Source of the DNA: Candidatus Omnitrophota bacterium
Lineage (GTDB): Bacteria > Omnitrophota > Gorgyraeia > Aquiviventales > Aquiviventaceae
Direction: 5' to 3'
Assembly: GCA_016209275.1 (NCBI GenBank)
Contig: JACQWM010000029.1
Span: 2,692-66,691, forward strand
Length of the DNA stretch: 64,000 bases
Positions within the stretch are counted from its first letter, which is position 1; the number at the start of each line of letters is the position of its first letter. This document shows positions 8,896 to 17,061 of the stretch, one piece after another. The notes beneath the pieces are model-generated. The model searched no databases, had not been told where the DNA came from, and saw nothing but the letters and a program-made list of their open reading frames with translations. The position numbers and the translations under genes are program-made.

Positions 8896-9543
8896 TCATC
8901 CGATCGTGTTGCGCAGCTTCACCTGGGTCACCAATGGCGCGTCTTGAGGGCTCGCCCCCATCTGCCCCCCAGGCAGCTGAGCCGAAAGCTGCTGAACCGC
9001 GAGCCGTATGACCACAATGTGCGTTTGCGTGTTGTAGGTAAAGTCGAGAAGCCTCGCGTAGTGCGCCAGCACCCGGCCGCTGCCGTCTTTCAGATTGCCG
9101 CCCTCATCCAGAATATCTCGCACGAGCTGAATCGAACCATTCAACCGATAGCGCAGAAACCAGCCCGCCTTATGCGCCCCTTGCTGGTCAGGCGCTCCCC
9201 ACATCATGTTCCCGGTCCCCGAATCGTACTGGCCCACCTGAAACGTGACCGACTCGCTTTGGTCCGGGACGATTTGGGCGATGATGAGATTCGCTGCGCC
9301 CGGCCGCGCTTGCCGCAGCTCGTTGGTCATGTTCGCGAGCGCCTGGCGCGCTTGCTGCTGGACAACCACGTACATCTCCGAAGAGATCGAGGCGCGCTGC
9401 GCGGTCATCATGGCGGTCCCCACCGCCCCCACGACCACCGCCATCACCACCGCGACAAAGAGAGTTTCCACCAGCGTCGCCCCGCAAGCGCTTCCCAGAC
9501 GCGCACGATCATGGTGGATTGTTGTGTCATTCATCGACGGCAA
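8896..9543 (-). CDS. PilW-like minor pilin, cassette 2
   Basis: G|ATLVETL; QQQARQALANMTNELRQA; TQVKLRN. Confidence 0.8.
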   Translation of the reverse strand: MPSMNDTTIHHDRARLGSACGATLVETLFVAVVMAVVVGAVGTAMMTAQRASISSEMYVVVQQQARQALANMTNELRQARPGAANLIIAQIVPDQSESVTFQVGQYDSGTGNMMWGAPDQQGAHKAGWFLRYRLNGSIQLVRDILDEGGNLKDGSGRVLAHYARLLDFTYNTQTHIVVIRLAVQQLSAQLPGGQMGASPQDAPLVTQVKLRNTIG

Positions 9544-10166
9544 CTCACGAGTGTTTGCAGTTGCGCCGGAGAGGTGATGATCCCATCGTTATTGCCGATC
9601 GGCGGCGCATCTTCCGGCACCAATTGCGCGCCGTCCCACCGGCATTCCCCGGTCACGCGGCCGCCCTGCCGCCAGCAGACCGCGATCGTCGCCCTCAGCG
9701 GATTAAAATCCGTATCCCCCGCCTGGACGTTCCATTCGCCTGCCCCAACTTGAGTCGCCGTCCCGCAGGGCGTGGCGATGTTCCTGCTGTCGCGGCACGT
9801 CACAATGATCCGCTCGTTGATGTCCGGCATCGGTTGGATGCTCTTGCCCCCGCCTGCCACCGCCATTCACTCATTCCAACTGGCTCCCCCCGGCGGTTGG
9901 ACGGTGGGCGTAAGGCATGTATCCGAGGTATTTTGCTGTCGGAGCTGCTCGAAGACGCGGCCGGCGTCGTTCATGGCCCAGGTGAGGTTGCGCGAGGACT
10001 CATTCATCGCCGCCTGCTGCACTAGCCACGCCAGCAACCCGGCAATCCCCATCATGAAGATCAGGCTCGCGACGGCCAGCTCGATCATCGTCAACCCGCT
10101 GCTGGCTGAGCAGGCAACAAAAAATCCGATCCTGGAACGTCGCGGACGTCGGATCGGATGGAACAT
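9531..10166 (-). pseudogene. PilV-like minor pilin, cassette 2, interrupted by an in-frame TGA at 9867-9869
   Basis: Track ORFs 9867..10217 and 9531..9866 are in the same frame; SWNE*MAVAGGGKSI aligns with SWDAWLADLNGGGGKSI of the cassette 3 paralog, so TGG to TGA. Confidence 0.8.
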
Positions 10167-10173
10167 CGCAACC

Positions 10174-10291
10174 CCCTTTGGCAACCCAGCCATCCAGAGC
10201 GATATCAGATATCGCATTCGATATCTGATATCGTCTTAGGACCTGTAGCTTTCCGACCCTGGATTACTCCAGGTGTGGCTTTCTCAGTAGG
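10174..10291 (-). ncRNA. c-di-GMP-I riboswitch 2, with palindrome inserted in P3 loop
   Basis: GAGAAAGCCACACCUGGA-GUAA-UCCAGGGUCGGAAAGCUACAGGUCC...GGAUGGCUGGGUUGCCAAAG. Confidence 0.85.
10200..10233. repeat. GATATC palindrome, copy 3 (one mismatch)
   Basis: CGATATCAGATATCGCATTCGATATCTGATATCG. Confidence 0.95.
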
Positions 10292-10457
10292 GCCCGCCTA
10301 CTGCTTCCCGTATCTGCCTAACCTGATAAGTATACCTGGTCTGTTGTAACTCCTTCAAATGGCGATGCGTTATGTTACTGTTGCTCTTCAACTTGCCAAC
10401 TCGTCATCCGCGGCCGCTTCATAACAATGGGGATGACGGGCTCCGATGCAAACCGCG

Positions 10458-12029
10458 CTAGCGCGTATCGTCCCAATAGAGGAACTCGTAGCGGCCCGTG
10501 GTCGGGAACGACGGCGGGGTCATGCGCAGCAACCGGATGTCATACACGTAGTCCTTGTCGAATCCGTCTGCGCCTGGCTGGTTGATATTCCACCCCACAT
10601 AACCACGCCTGTCTTGAATGAGCCCTCCAAATAGATGTAACAGGCCTTTATACCCAAGGTTGTCATTTCGCACATCCCCTGGCACGCTGCCGCCTCCCTT
10701 GACATAGAAGGTCTTGAGGGCCATCACCGAGCCATGAATGGTTAGACCAATGTCCGCTCCCGGACCCCCTGCGACGGGCACGCCTACATTAGGCAGTGCT
10801 GCTGTATCGACAGCGATGTTGTTTCTCGACACCAAGCCCAGGAGATCGAGGCTCTCCCCTTCGTCGCAGTCGGGGTCGTTCTGACGATCTTCGTCTGTGA
10901 CCGGGGTGCCGTCTGGGTTGACGCTATCAGGGTTGCACGCATAGACGATATTCCCCTTGATGGTCATGTCGTCATGGCTCGCTAACGTAACCTTTCCATG
11001 GAGCTCTCCGCCATTGATGATCACCTCATGGTCTCCGACGATAAGCAGGGGTTCGGTTAGATCCACCACGAGGGCGTCTTGGCCCGCCGGCCTTGACACG
11101 GTGATCCCCTTGACCTGGATCTGCCCACCATCGGGAACATCGTCAAGCTCGACCCTAGTCCCTTTGACCGCGATCTCGACGTCGTCATCGTCGGCTGCAA
11201 ATTTCATCTTGTCCCCCAGCATCGTCACGGTGGTGTCATGCTTCAGACGAAGCCCGTCATCACTGGCTCGCTGGACCAGGTTGGGGAAATCTGACAGCCG
11301 GTCTGGCAGGGGGACCTCCTCGACCCTTTTCGGCGGGCTATCTTCATAGCGCGGGGCGCAGGCATCACACTGAATAGCCCCGACATACTCGACCGTGGAC
11401 TTGAATGTTGGGGTCCCCTTCAGATACAGATTGCCCCCTGTGTAAACGGGTCCATCCATGGTTTCATTCGTGGAAAAGTAGATTACCGCATTGTTCGCAT
11501 ATCGTTTGTAATACATGAGAAACTTTGAAAAGCTCTCCCGCTTCAGGGCAACGGTCACCGTCCGCTGAGAAGGAAATGCGCCGACCGTTGTTCCTGTCGC
11601 GCGAATGGTAAAGGTGGCGCTGGAGGGATCGGTGCCATTTTCGTCACCCGGATCCACCGTGACCGTGAAATCGCCAACTCCTGGGAGGCTCAGCGGCGTG
11701 GCCACGTCGGGAGTAAAATCATCGGTTGTCCCGCCTTGACACTCTTGAGCCACTTGGTTGCCTGGAAGCGTAGGTTGGCTGCACTCAGGCAGCCGGTTCT
11801 GGCTCTTCTCGATCACCCACTGGATGCCTGCATCAAGCCCGGCTTCGGCCAGGGCAAAGGCTTGCTGATTGGCGGCTGAACGCTGGGCAATGCTGCTTTC
11901 GTTCATCGCCCGGATCTGGCCAATTGACAGCAGTGTGGCTACTAGCGCGGTGAGCATCAGCGCACTCAGCAGTATCGCCCCTCGTCGTGCCTGTCTCATG
12001 ACGGTCCTCCTTGCGTTGTTCAGAGTCAT
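10458..12029 (-). CDS. PilX-like minor pilin/adhesin, cassette 3
   Basis: RRG|AILLSAL; QAFALAEAGLDAG; clear paralog of 7323..8891 (YACNPDSVN.DGTPVTDEDRQN.P.CD shared). Confidence 0.8.
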   Translation of the reverse strand: MTLNNARRTVMRQARRGAILLSALMLTALVATLLSIGQIRAMNESSIAQRSAANQQAFALAEAGLDAGIQWVIEKSQNRLPECSQPTLPGNQVAQECQGGTTDDFTPDVATPLSLPGVGDFTVTVDPGDENGTDPSSATFTIRATGTTVGAFPSQRTVTVALKRESFSKFLMYYKRYANNAVIYFSTNETMDGPVYTGGNLYLKGTPTFKSTVEYVGAIQCDACAPRYEDSPPKRVEEVPLPDRLSDFPNLVQRASDDGLRLKHDTTVTMLGDKMKFAADDDDVEIAVKGTRVELDDVPDGGQIQVKGITVSRPAGQDALVVDLTEPLLIVGDHEVIINGGELHGKVTLASHDDMTIKGNIVYACNPDSVNPDGTPVTDEDRQNDPDCDEGESLDLLGLVSRNNIAVDTAALPNVGVPVAGGPGADIGLTIHGSVMALKTFYVKGGGSVPGDVRNDNLGYKGLLHLFGGLIQDRRGYVGWNINQPGADGFDKDYVYDIRLLRMTPPSFPTTGRYEFLYWDDTR

Positions 12030-12649
12030 CCTCCACTGGTATTGCGGAGTTTCACCTGGGTTGTCACGATACCCGGACTGACCGCGGCCGGACCGCCGGC
12101 CATTTGACCGGCCGCCTGCCTGATCTGCAAGCGCACCGTGGCCATCCGACTGTCCTGATCGTACGCAAAGTCCAACAGTTGTGCGTCATTGGCAAGCACG
12201 CGTCGACCGCCAGGGACGAGGATGCCACCGGGATTCAAGATCTCTCGGACGAGCTGGGTGCCATTCAATCGGTACTGAAGAAACCAGTTCTCTCGGTGAT
12301 CCCCACTCAGATCCGGCGCCCCCCAAACCATCTCTGTTACCTCGAACCTGCCCACCTGAAATCTGAGTACGTCGTGGGTGTCCGGGTTAATCCCCCCAGT
12401 GGTATCCGTAATCTGCATATGGACATTCGGGGGCCTATTCGGCCTGGCCAGCCGCAGTTCCTCCGCCATGGCATCGAGCGCCTGGCGTGCTTGCTGCTGC
12501 GCGTGCACGTAGGCGGCTGAGGTCACCGACGAGCGTTGGGATGATAACATGATCGTGGTCACCGAACCTATCACGAGCGTAAAGAGTAATGCAACCACCA
12601 GGATTTCGACGAGCGTGGCACCTTTCACTCGTCTCTTCATCGTCGACAA
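12026..12649 (-). CDS. PilW-like minor pilin, cassette 3
   Basis: KG|ATLVEIL; QQQARQALDAMAEELRLA; TQVKLRN. Confidence 0.8.
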   Translation of the reverse strand: MSTMKRRVKGATLVEILVVALLFTLVIGSVTTIMLSSQRSSVTSAAYVHAQQQARQALDAMAEELRLARPNRPPNVHMQITDTTGGINPDTHDVLRFQVGRFEVTEMVWGAPDLSGDHRENWFLQYRLNGTQLVREILNPGGILVPGGRRVLANDAQLLDFAYDQDSRMATVRLQIRQAAGQMAGGPAAVSPGIVTTQVKLRNTSGG

Positions 12650-13182
12650 CTCATGACGGTTTGCAACTGCGCAGGCGAGTTCACCACGTTGGGGTCTCCA
12701 CTGGCCCCAGGGTTGTTCTCGATGAGCAAATTGCCATTCCAGGTACAGTCGCCAATGGTCCGGCTGCGATGGCGCCAGCAGACGGCAATGGTAAGATGGA
12801 TCGGATCATCGCCAGCTCCGCAAAAGCCCGAGTTATCAGCTTTTTGGCAAGTTACCGCAATAAGCTCATTAGAATCAGGCCGGATGCTTTTCCCGCCACC
12901 CCCATTGAGATCCGCAAGCCAAGCATCCCAACTCAGATACGCTACAGGGAGTTGCGGGGGTAGCGCGCTTGGTGTTACACACGCATCGGATGTATTTTGC
13001 TGCCGGATGCGCTCCAGCACGCGCCTGGAATCGTTCATGGCCAGCGTGAAGTTGCGGGAGTGCTCATTGAGCACCGTTTGCGAGACGATGGCTCTAAAGA
13101 ATCCGGCGAGACCTATCACGAGGATGAAGACGCCGATCAGCACCTCCATCGCCGTCATGCCTCCCGTGGTTCGATCTGGCAT
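12637..13182 (-). CDS. PilV-like minor pilin, cassette 3
   Basis: GG|MTAMEVLIG; IAVCWRHR; SPAQLQTVMSCRR. Confidence 0.8.
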   Translation of the reverse strand: MPDRTTGGMTAMEVLIGVFILVIGLAGFFRAIVSQTVLNEHSRNFTLAMNDSRRVLERIRQQNTSDACVTPSALPPQLPVAYLSWDAWLADLNGGGGKSIRPDSNELIAVTCQKADNSGFCGAGDDPIHLTIAVCWRHRSRTIGDCTWNGNLLIENNPGASGDPNVVNSPAQLQTVMSCRR

Positions 13183-13270
13183 GGGACACCACTCCCTAAA
13201 AACAATTTCGCCGGGTTTCCGATTTGGTGCGCTTACGCGCACGCTCTTTCGGCAACCCGGCGATCCTTGT

Positions 13271-13355
13271 TCTCTTCGGCAGCCTGGCTATCCGTCGAGC
13301 AGGACCCGTGGCTTTCCGACCCTGGATTACTCCAGGTGTGGCTTTATCGTGAGGT
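13271..13355 (-). ncRNA. c-di-GMP-I riboswitch 3 (no insertion)
   Basis: CUCACGAUAAAGCCACACCUGGA-GUAA-UCCAGGGUCGGAAAGCCACGGGUCCUGCUCGACGGAUAGCCAGGCUGCCGAAGAG. Confidence 0.9.
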
Positions 13356-13371
13356 ACTCGCGTACATATTA

Positions 13372-13400
13372 ACTATATCCCACAACGCTGCGAGTGTCAA
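13372..13400 (-). promoter_or_regulatory. Sigma70-type promoter for cassette 3
   Basis: TTGACA-17 bp-TATAGT immediately upstream of the riboswitch. Confidence 0.75.
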
Positions 13401-13418
13401 CACAAATCTTAATAAAAG

Positions 13419-14432
13419 TTATTGCGAGACTACTCCCACAGTCCCCACGTCGTAGGTCTGCCCGGCACTCAGATCAGGCACGTCCACCACACGAGCCCGA
13501 AATGTCGTCGCCGACGCACCACTGGGCGCCCCAAATCCGTCAGGATCCTCAAGGATGCGTGTCTCCGGAGGCTCCACCCGAAACTGGTAGCGTCCTGGAG
13601 GAATGCCCGGCAGCTCAAAGCGCCCAGCGGCATCCGAGCGGCGCTGGCGATCCACCAACCCGCTAAATCCGGTGAGGACCGTCTTGTTGGTCGCTCGATC
13701 GATCACGCGCAGGCTCGCCCCGATCAGCGGTGCATCGCCACGCACCACGCGCCCGGTGAGTGTCGCGGTGGCGCGTTCCAATGGAGCCTCGGCGTTGGGA
13801 TACAAGACCGCCAGGCCGACGAGGTCATCGTTGCTGAGCACTGGCAAGTGGCTGACCATCGTCATGACACTCGGGGCCACCGAATGGCCCAGCCCAAGAC
13901 AATGGCCGATCTCGTGCATGATGATGCTCTTGACCTCAGGCAGCGTAAAGGGCGCCCGGGGCTGCACCAGGATATCGCAGTCCGCGGCAAAGACAAATGC
14001 GCGGCCGACGACCAACACCCCCTGACGCGCAGCACCTGGGGCCGGCCAAAAAATCACGTTCTGGCCGTCGGGCTGTGCTGAGGTTTTTTCGGGATCGTTG
14101 ATGATGTCACCGACGCGAAACGACAGCCCGACCGACTCCATCTGCCTCCACACCTTCAGCGCATCCTGCACCATCTGCCGCATCTGCGCCTCGGAGTAGG
14201 CGGCCGGCGCATTGGCCATGTTGATGGTGAAGGCGACCGGCTCCCCCTTCGGCCAGCGGGTGCGCTGTGCCCGCAACCCGAAGGCCTCGCCTCGATGCGG
14301 TGGCAGCACGAAGAAGACGACTAAGACGGTGGTGACCAAGTGGCTGGGTGGCCGGGTGGCCGGGAAAACTCTTTGGCCACTTGGCCACCTGGCCACTTGG
14401 CCACTGCTTAGCGTTTTCGGAGTGCTACTCAT
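13419..14432 (-). CDS. Matrixin (M10-like) metalloprotease with C-terminal carboxypeptidase-regulatory-like domain
   Basis: HEIGHCLGLGHS plus SVM Met-turn; ATG at 14432 overlaps the upstream stop. Confidence 0.8.
   Translation of the reverse strand: MSSTPKTLSSGQVARWPSGQRVFPATRPPSHLVTTVLVVFFVLPPHRGEAFGLRAQRTRWPKGEPVAFTINMANAPAAYSEAQMRQMVQDALKVWRQMESVGLSFRVGDIINDPEKTSAQPDGQNVIFWPAPGAARQGVLVVGRAFVFAADCDILVQPRAPFTLPEVKSIIMHEIGHCLGLGHSVAPSVMTMVSHLPVLSNDDLVGLAVLYPNAEAPLERATATLTGRVVRGDAPLIGASLRVIDRATNKTVLTGFSGLVDRQRRSDAAGRFELPGIPPGRYQFRVEPPETRILEDPDGFGAPSGASATTFRARVVDVPDLSAGQTYDVGTVGVVSQ
14340..14405. repeat. Composite octamer repeat (GTGGCCGG)n...(TGGCCACT)n, copy A
   Basis: Imperfect inverted arrangement; nearly identical to 15115-15187. 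Confidence 0.9.
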
Positions 14433-15108
14433 GCGGCGCCAGAAACTTATAGCCGACATTGCGGACGGTGTCGATGTAGGCCGCTCCGCGCAGCTCGATT
14501 TTGGCGCGCAGCCGGCGGATGTGCACATCGACGGTGCGCGTGCCCCCGTAGTAATCATAGCCCCACACCTTATCGAGGAGGACTTCGCGGGTAAAGACCT
14601 TGCCCGGGTGGGTCACGAGAAATTTCAACAGCTCAAACTCTTTGTAGGTCAAATCGGCCGGCTCGCCGTGCACATGCACTTCGTACCGCTCGAAATCGAT
14701 CACCAGGCCTTGATGGGAGAACCCGTTTTTCACTTCGATGCGGTCCGATTTCCAGAGCAAAAATTTCAGGCGCTGCATGAGGCGAGCCGCGCTCACCGGC
14801 AGGGTGAGGTAGTCGTCCATGCCCCACCCCACATCGAGCCGCCCGAGCTGCGCTTCGGTGACCAGTAACATCAGCGGCAGCTCCTTCAGCGGCCGCTCGC
14901 GTTTCAGCGCGCGGCAAAGCTTTGACGGTTCGGTGGCACAGCGCTCCAGATCCACGACCACGACATCCAGCGACGACGGCGGAATCCAGCGCTCCTGCAG
15001 GAACTCCGAGGAGGCCACCGGGTCGAGGGTAAAGCCCTGCTGGAGCAGCTCGGATTTGAGCGGCTTTTTCGTCTTCCAGTCGTCCGTGATCAAAAGGACA
15101 CGATACAT
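14425..15108 (-). CDS. GlnR-like OmpR-family response regulator with atypical receiver
   Basis: LTYKEFELLKFL..HPGKVFTR..VWGYDYYGGTRTVDVHIRRLRAK..TVRNVGYKF resembles actinobacterial GlnR; receiver Lys replaced (DDYLTLP); no adjacent kinase. Confidence 0.75.
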   Translation of the reverse strand: MYRVLLITDDWKTKKPLKSELLQQGFTLDPVASSEFLQERWIPPSSLDVVVVDLERCATEPSKLCRALKRERPLKELPLMLLVTEAQLGRLDVGWGMDDYLTLPVSAARLMQRLKFLLWKSDRIEVKNGFSHQGLVIDFERYEVHVHGEPADLTYKEFELLKFLVTHPGKVFTREVLLDKVWGYDYYGGTRTVDVHIRRLRAKIELRGAAYIDTVRNVGYKFLAPHE

Positions 15109-15110
15109 CG

Positions 15111-16874
15111 TTAGTGGCCGGGTGGCCGGGTGGCCGGGTGGCCGGAAAAACTCTTTGGCCACTTGGCCACCTGGCCACTTGGCCACTCTTCTTGGTAGCG
15201 GTTCGTAATGGGCATGCGCCGATCTTTTCCGAAGGCGCGCGGCGTAATCTTCACCCCGGGCGGCGCTTGGCGCCGCTTGTATTCGGAGCGGTCGACCATC
15301 GCCACCACGCGCCGCACCACAGCGGCGGGGGTGTGGGTGCGGCGAACCGTGGCCTCAAGGCTTCGATCCTCCTCGACGTAGGCTTTCAGAATCCGATCGA
15401 GCGCAGGATAGGGCGGCAGCGTATCCTGATCAGTCTGATGCGGGGCGAGCTCCGCCGTCGGCGGACGGGTAAAGATGCGCCGCGGGATCGGAGCACCTTG
15501 GCGGCGGTTGCGGAACTCCGCCAGCCGGTACACGAGCATCTTCGGCACATCTTTGATCACGGCAAAACCGCCGGCCATGTCGCCGTAAAGCGTGCAGTAG
15601 CCCGTGGCCATCTCGCTTTTATTGCCCGTCGTCAGCACGAGCCAACCGAACTTGTTGGAGAGCGCCATCAGCAGATTCCCGCGGATGCGGGCTTGGATAT
15701 TCTGCTCCGTGACATCAGGGGCGTGCGCGCCAAACACGGGCCGCAACATCTGCAAGTATGCCCGAAACACCGGCTCAATTGACAGATCCATCTGCCGAAT
15801 GCGCAGGGCCTTCGCCAGAGCCCGCGCGTCGGCTTGGGTGCCGCGCGAGGAAAACCGCGAGGGCATCACGACCCCGACGACGCGATCCGCCCCCAGCGCG
15901 TCGACGGCGATGCAAGCGGTGAGGGCGGAGTCAATGCCGCCGGAGAGTCCCAGCGCCAGTGTTGCAAACCGGTTCTTACGCGCATAATCGCGCAGGCCGA
16001 GGGTCAGGGCCTCGTAGACCTCCTCGACCGCTCCGAGCGGATGCGGACGCGGCGCCTGCCGCAGGGGACGCTCGCGCCAGCGGTGCGGCAAGCGCACCGC
16101 GCTGGCACCTCCCCGCAGAGATCCGACCGCTGCGCTCGGCAGCGGCAGGTCCGCCACGAGAAGCTTCTCCCGGAACTGCGCGCCCCGTGCTAGCAGACGG
16201 CCGCGCGCATCGAAGATGAGGCTGCCGCCGTCAAAGACCAATTCGTCCTGGCCGCCGATCAGGTTGCAGTAGGCGACCGCCAGATGATGGCCGGCCGCGC
16301 GCTTCGCAAACAGCCACTCGCGCAGCGCTAATTTGTCGGCGTGATAGGGGCTGGCGGAAATATTGATGACCAGCCGGGCCCCGCGATCCGCCAGCACGGC
16401 GCACGGCTGCGGCTCCCATAGGTCCTCGCAAATCGTCAGGCCGATCCGCACCCCGCCCAATTCCAGCAGGCCCGGGTCGCTGCCTGGCGTAAAGTAGCGT
16501 TTCTCATCAAACACCCCGTAGTTCGGCAGATGCCGCTTGCGATACGTCGCCGCGTGCCGGCCGGAGGCCAGGACGGCCATCGCATTGTACAACCGTCCCT
16601 GGCGATCGCGATCCACGAAACCGACCAAGGCGGCCAGCGACGACGGGACGCGGCGGGCCAGCGCGGCCAAGACCCGCTGATTGGCCGTAATGAACTGGGG
16701 CTTGAGCAGCAGATCCTCCGGCGGGTAGCCGGTCACGGCCAACTCCGGCACCGCCACGATATCGGCTTGCCAGGCCGCCGCCTGGCGGATGGCATCATCG
16801 ATCCGGCGCTGGTTGCCCTCAAGGTCGCCGACGGTCAAGTTGAGTTGGGCTAAGGCTAGCCGCAGCGTGGGCAT
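15111..16874 (-). CDS. nadE: Glutamine-dependent NAD+ synthetase
   Basis: Nitrilase domain (PELAVTGYPPEDL, ICEDLW) plus SGGIDS, QNIQARIRG, TGNKSE, SEYKRRQ. Confidence 0.95.
   Translation of the reverse strand: MPTLRLALAQLNLTVGDLEGNQRRIDDAIRQAAAWQADIVAVPELAVTGYPPEDLLLKPQFITANQRVLAALARRVPSSLAALVGFVDRDRQGRLYNAMAVLASGRHAATYRKRHLPNYGVFDEKRYFTPGSDPGLLELGGVRIGLTICEDLWEPQPCAVLADRGARLVINISASPYHADKLALREWLFAKRAAGHHLAVAYCNLIGGQDELVFDGGSLIFDARGRLLARGAQFREKLLVADLPLPSAAVGSLRGGASAVRLPHRWRERPLRQAPRPHPLGAVEEVYEALTLGLRDYARKNRFATLALGLSGGIDSALTACIAVDALGADRVVGVVMPSRFSSRGTQADARALAKALRIRQMDLSIEPVFRAYLQMLRPVFGAHAPDVTEQNIQARIRGNLLMALSNKFGWLVLTTGNKSEMATGYCTLYGDMAGGFAVIKDVPKMLVYRLAEFRNRRQGAPIPRRIFTRPPTAELAPHQTDQDTLPPYPALDRILKAYVEEDRSLEATVRRTHTPAAVVRRVVAMVDRSEYKRRQAPPGVKITPRAFGKDRRMPITNRYQEEWPSGQVAKWPKSFSGHPATRPPGH
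15115..15187. repeat. Composite octamer repeat, copy B, encoding the NadE C-terminal tail
   Basis: GTGGCCGG x3 ... TGGCCACT/TGGCCACC x4. Confidence 0.9.
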
Positions 16875-16911
16875 GTTAGGGGACAAACAATCATTATAGC
16901 AAATCAAGGCC

Positions 16912-16999
16912 ATATCAGATATGAAATGGCCATTTCATATCTGATATCGCTCGTGATGGGGCCATATCAGATATCAAATGGCCATTTGATATCTGATAT
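16912..16999. repeat. Two tandem perfect 36-bp GATATC-family palindromes (16912-16947, 16964-16999)
   Basis: ATATCAGATATGAAATGG|CCATTTCATATCTGATAT and ATATCAGATATCAAATGG|CCATTTGATATCTGATAT. Confidence 0.95.
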
Positions 17000-17061
17000 C
17001 GTAGTTAGGTGGGGAGGGGGAATTCCGCGGATTGGCCGTTATGGAAGGGAGACAGGCCTGA

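Noticed and set aside
9867-9869. TGA recoded as Trp, Gly or Sec
   Set aside because: Many conserved genes here end at TGA at the expected position (hypE, hypD, lexA); a single event fits a nonsense mutation or error
7323-12029. Similar stretches in the two PilX genes as DGR template and variable repeats
   Set aside because: Differences look like synonymous paralog divergence rather than adenine-specific changes; no reverse transcriptase in the window
16912-16999. Two 36-bp palindromic repeats as a mini CRISPR array
   Set aside because: Only two units, a 16-bp spacer, fully palindromic repeats, no cas genes; they belong to the dispersed GATATC family
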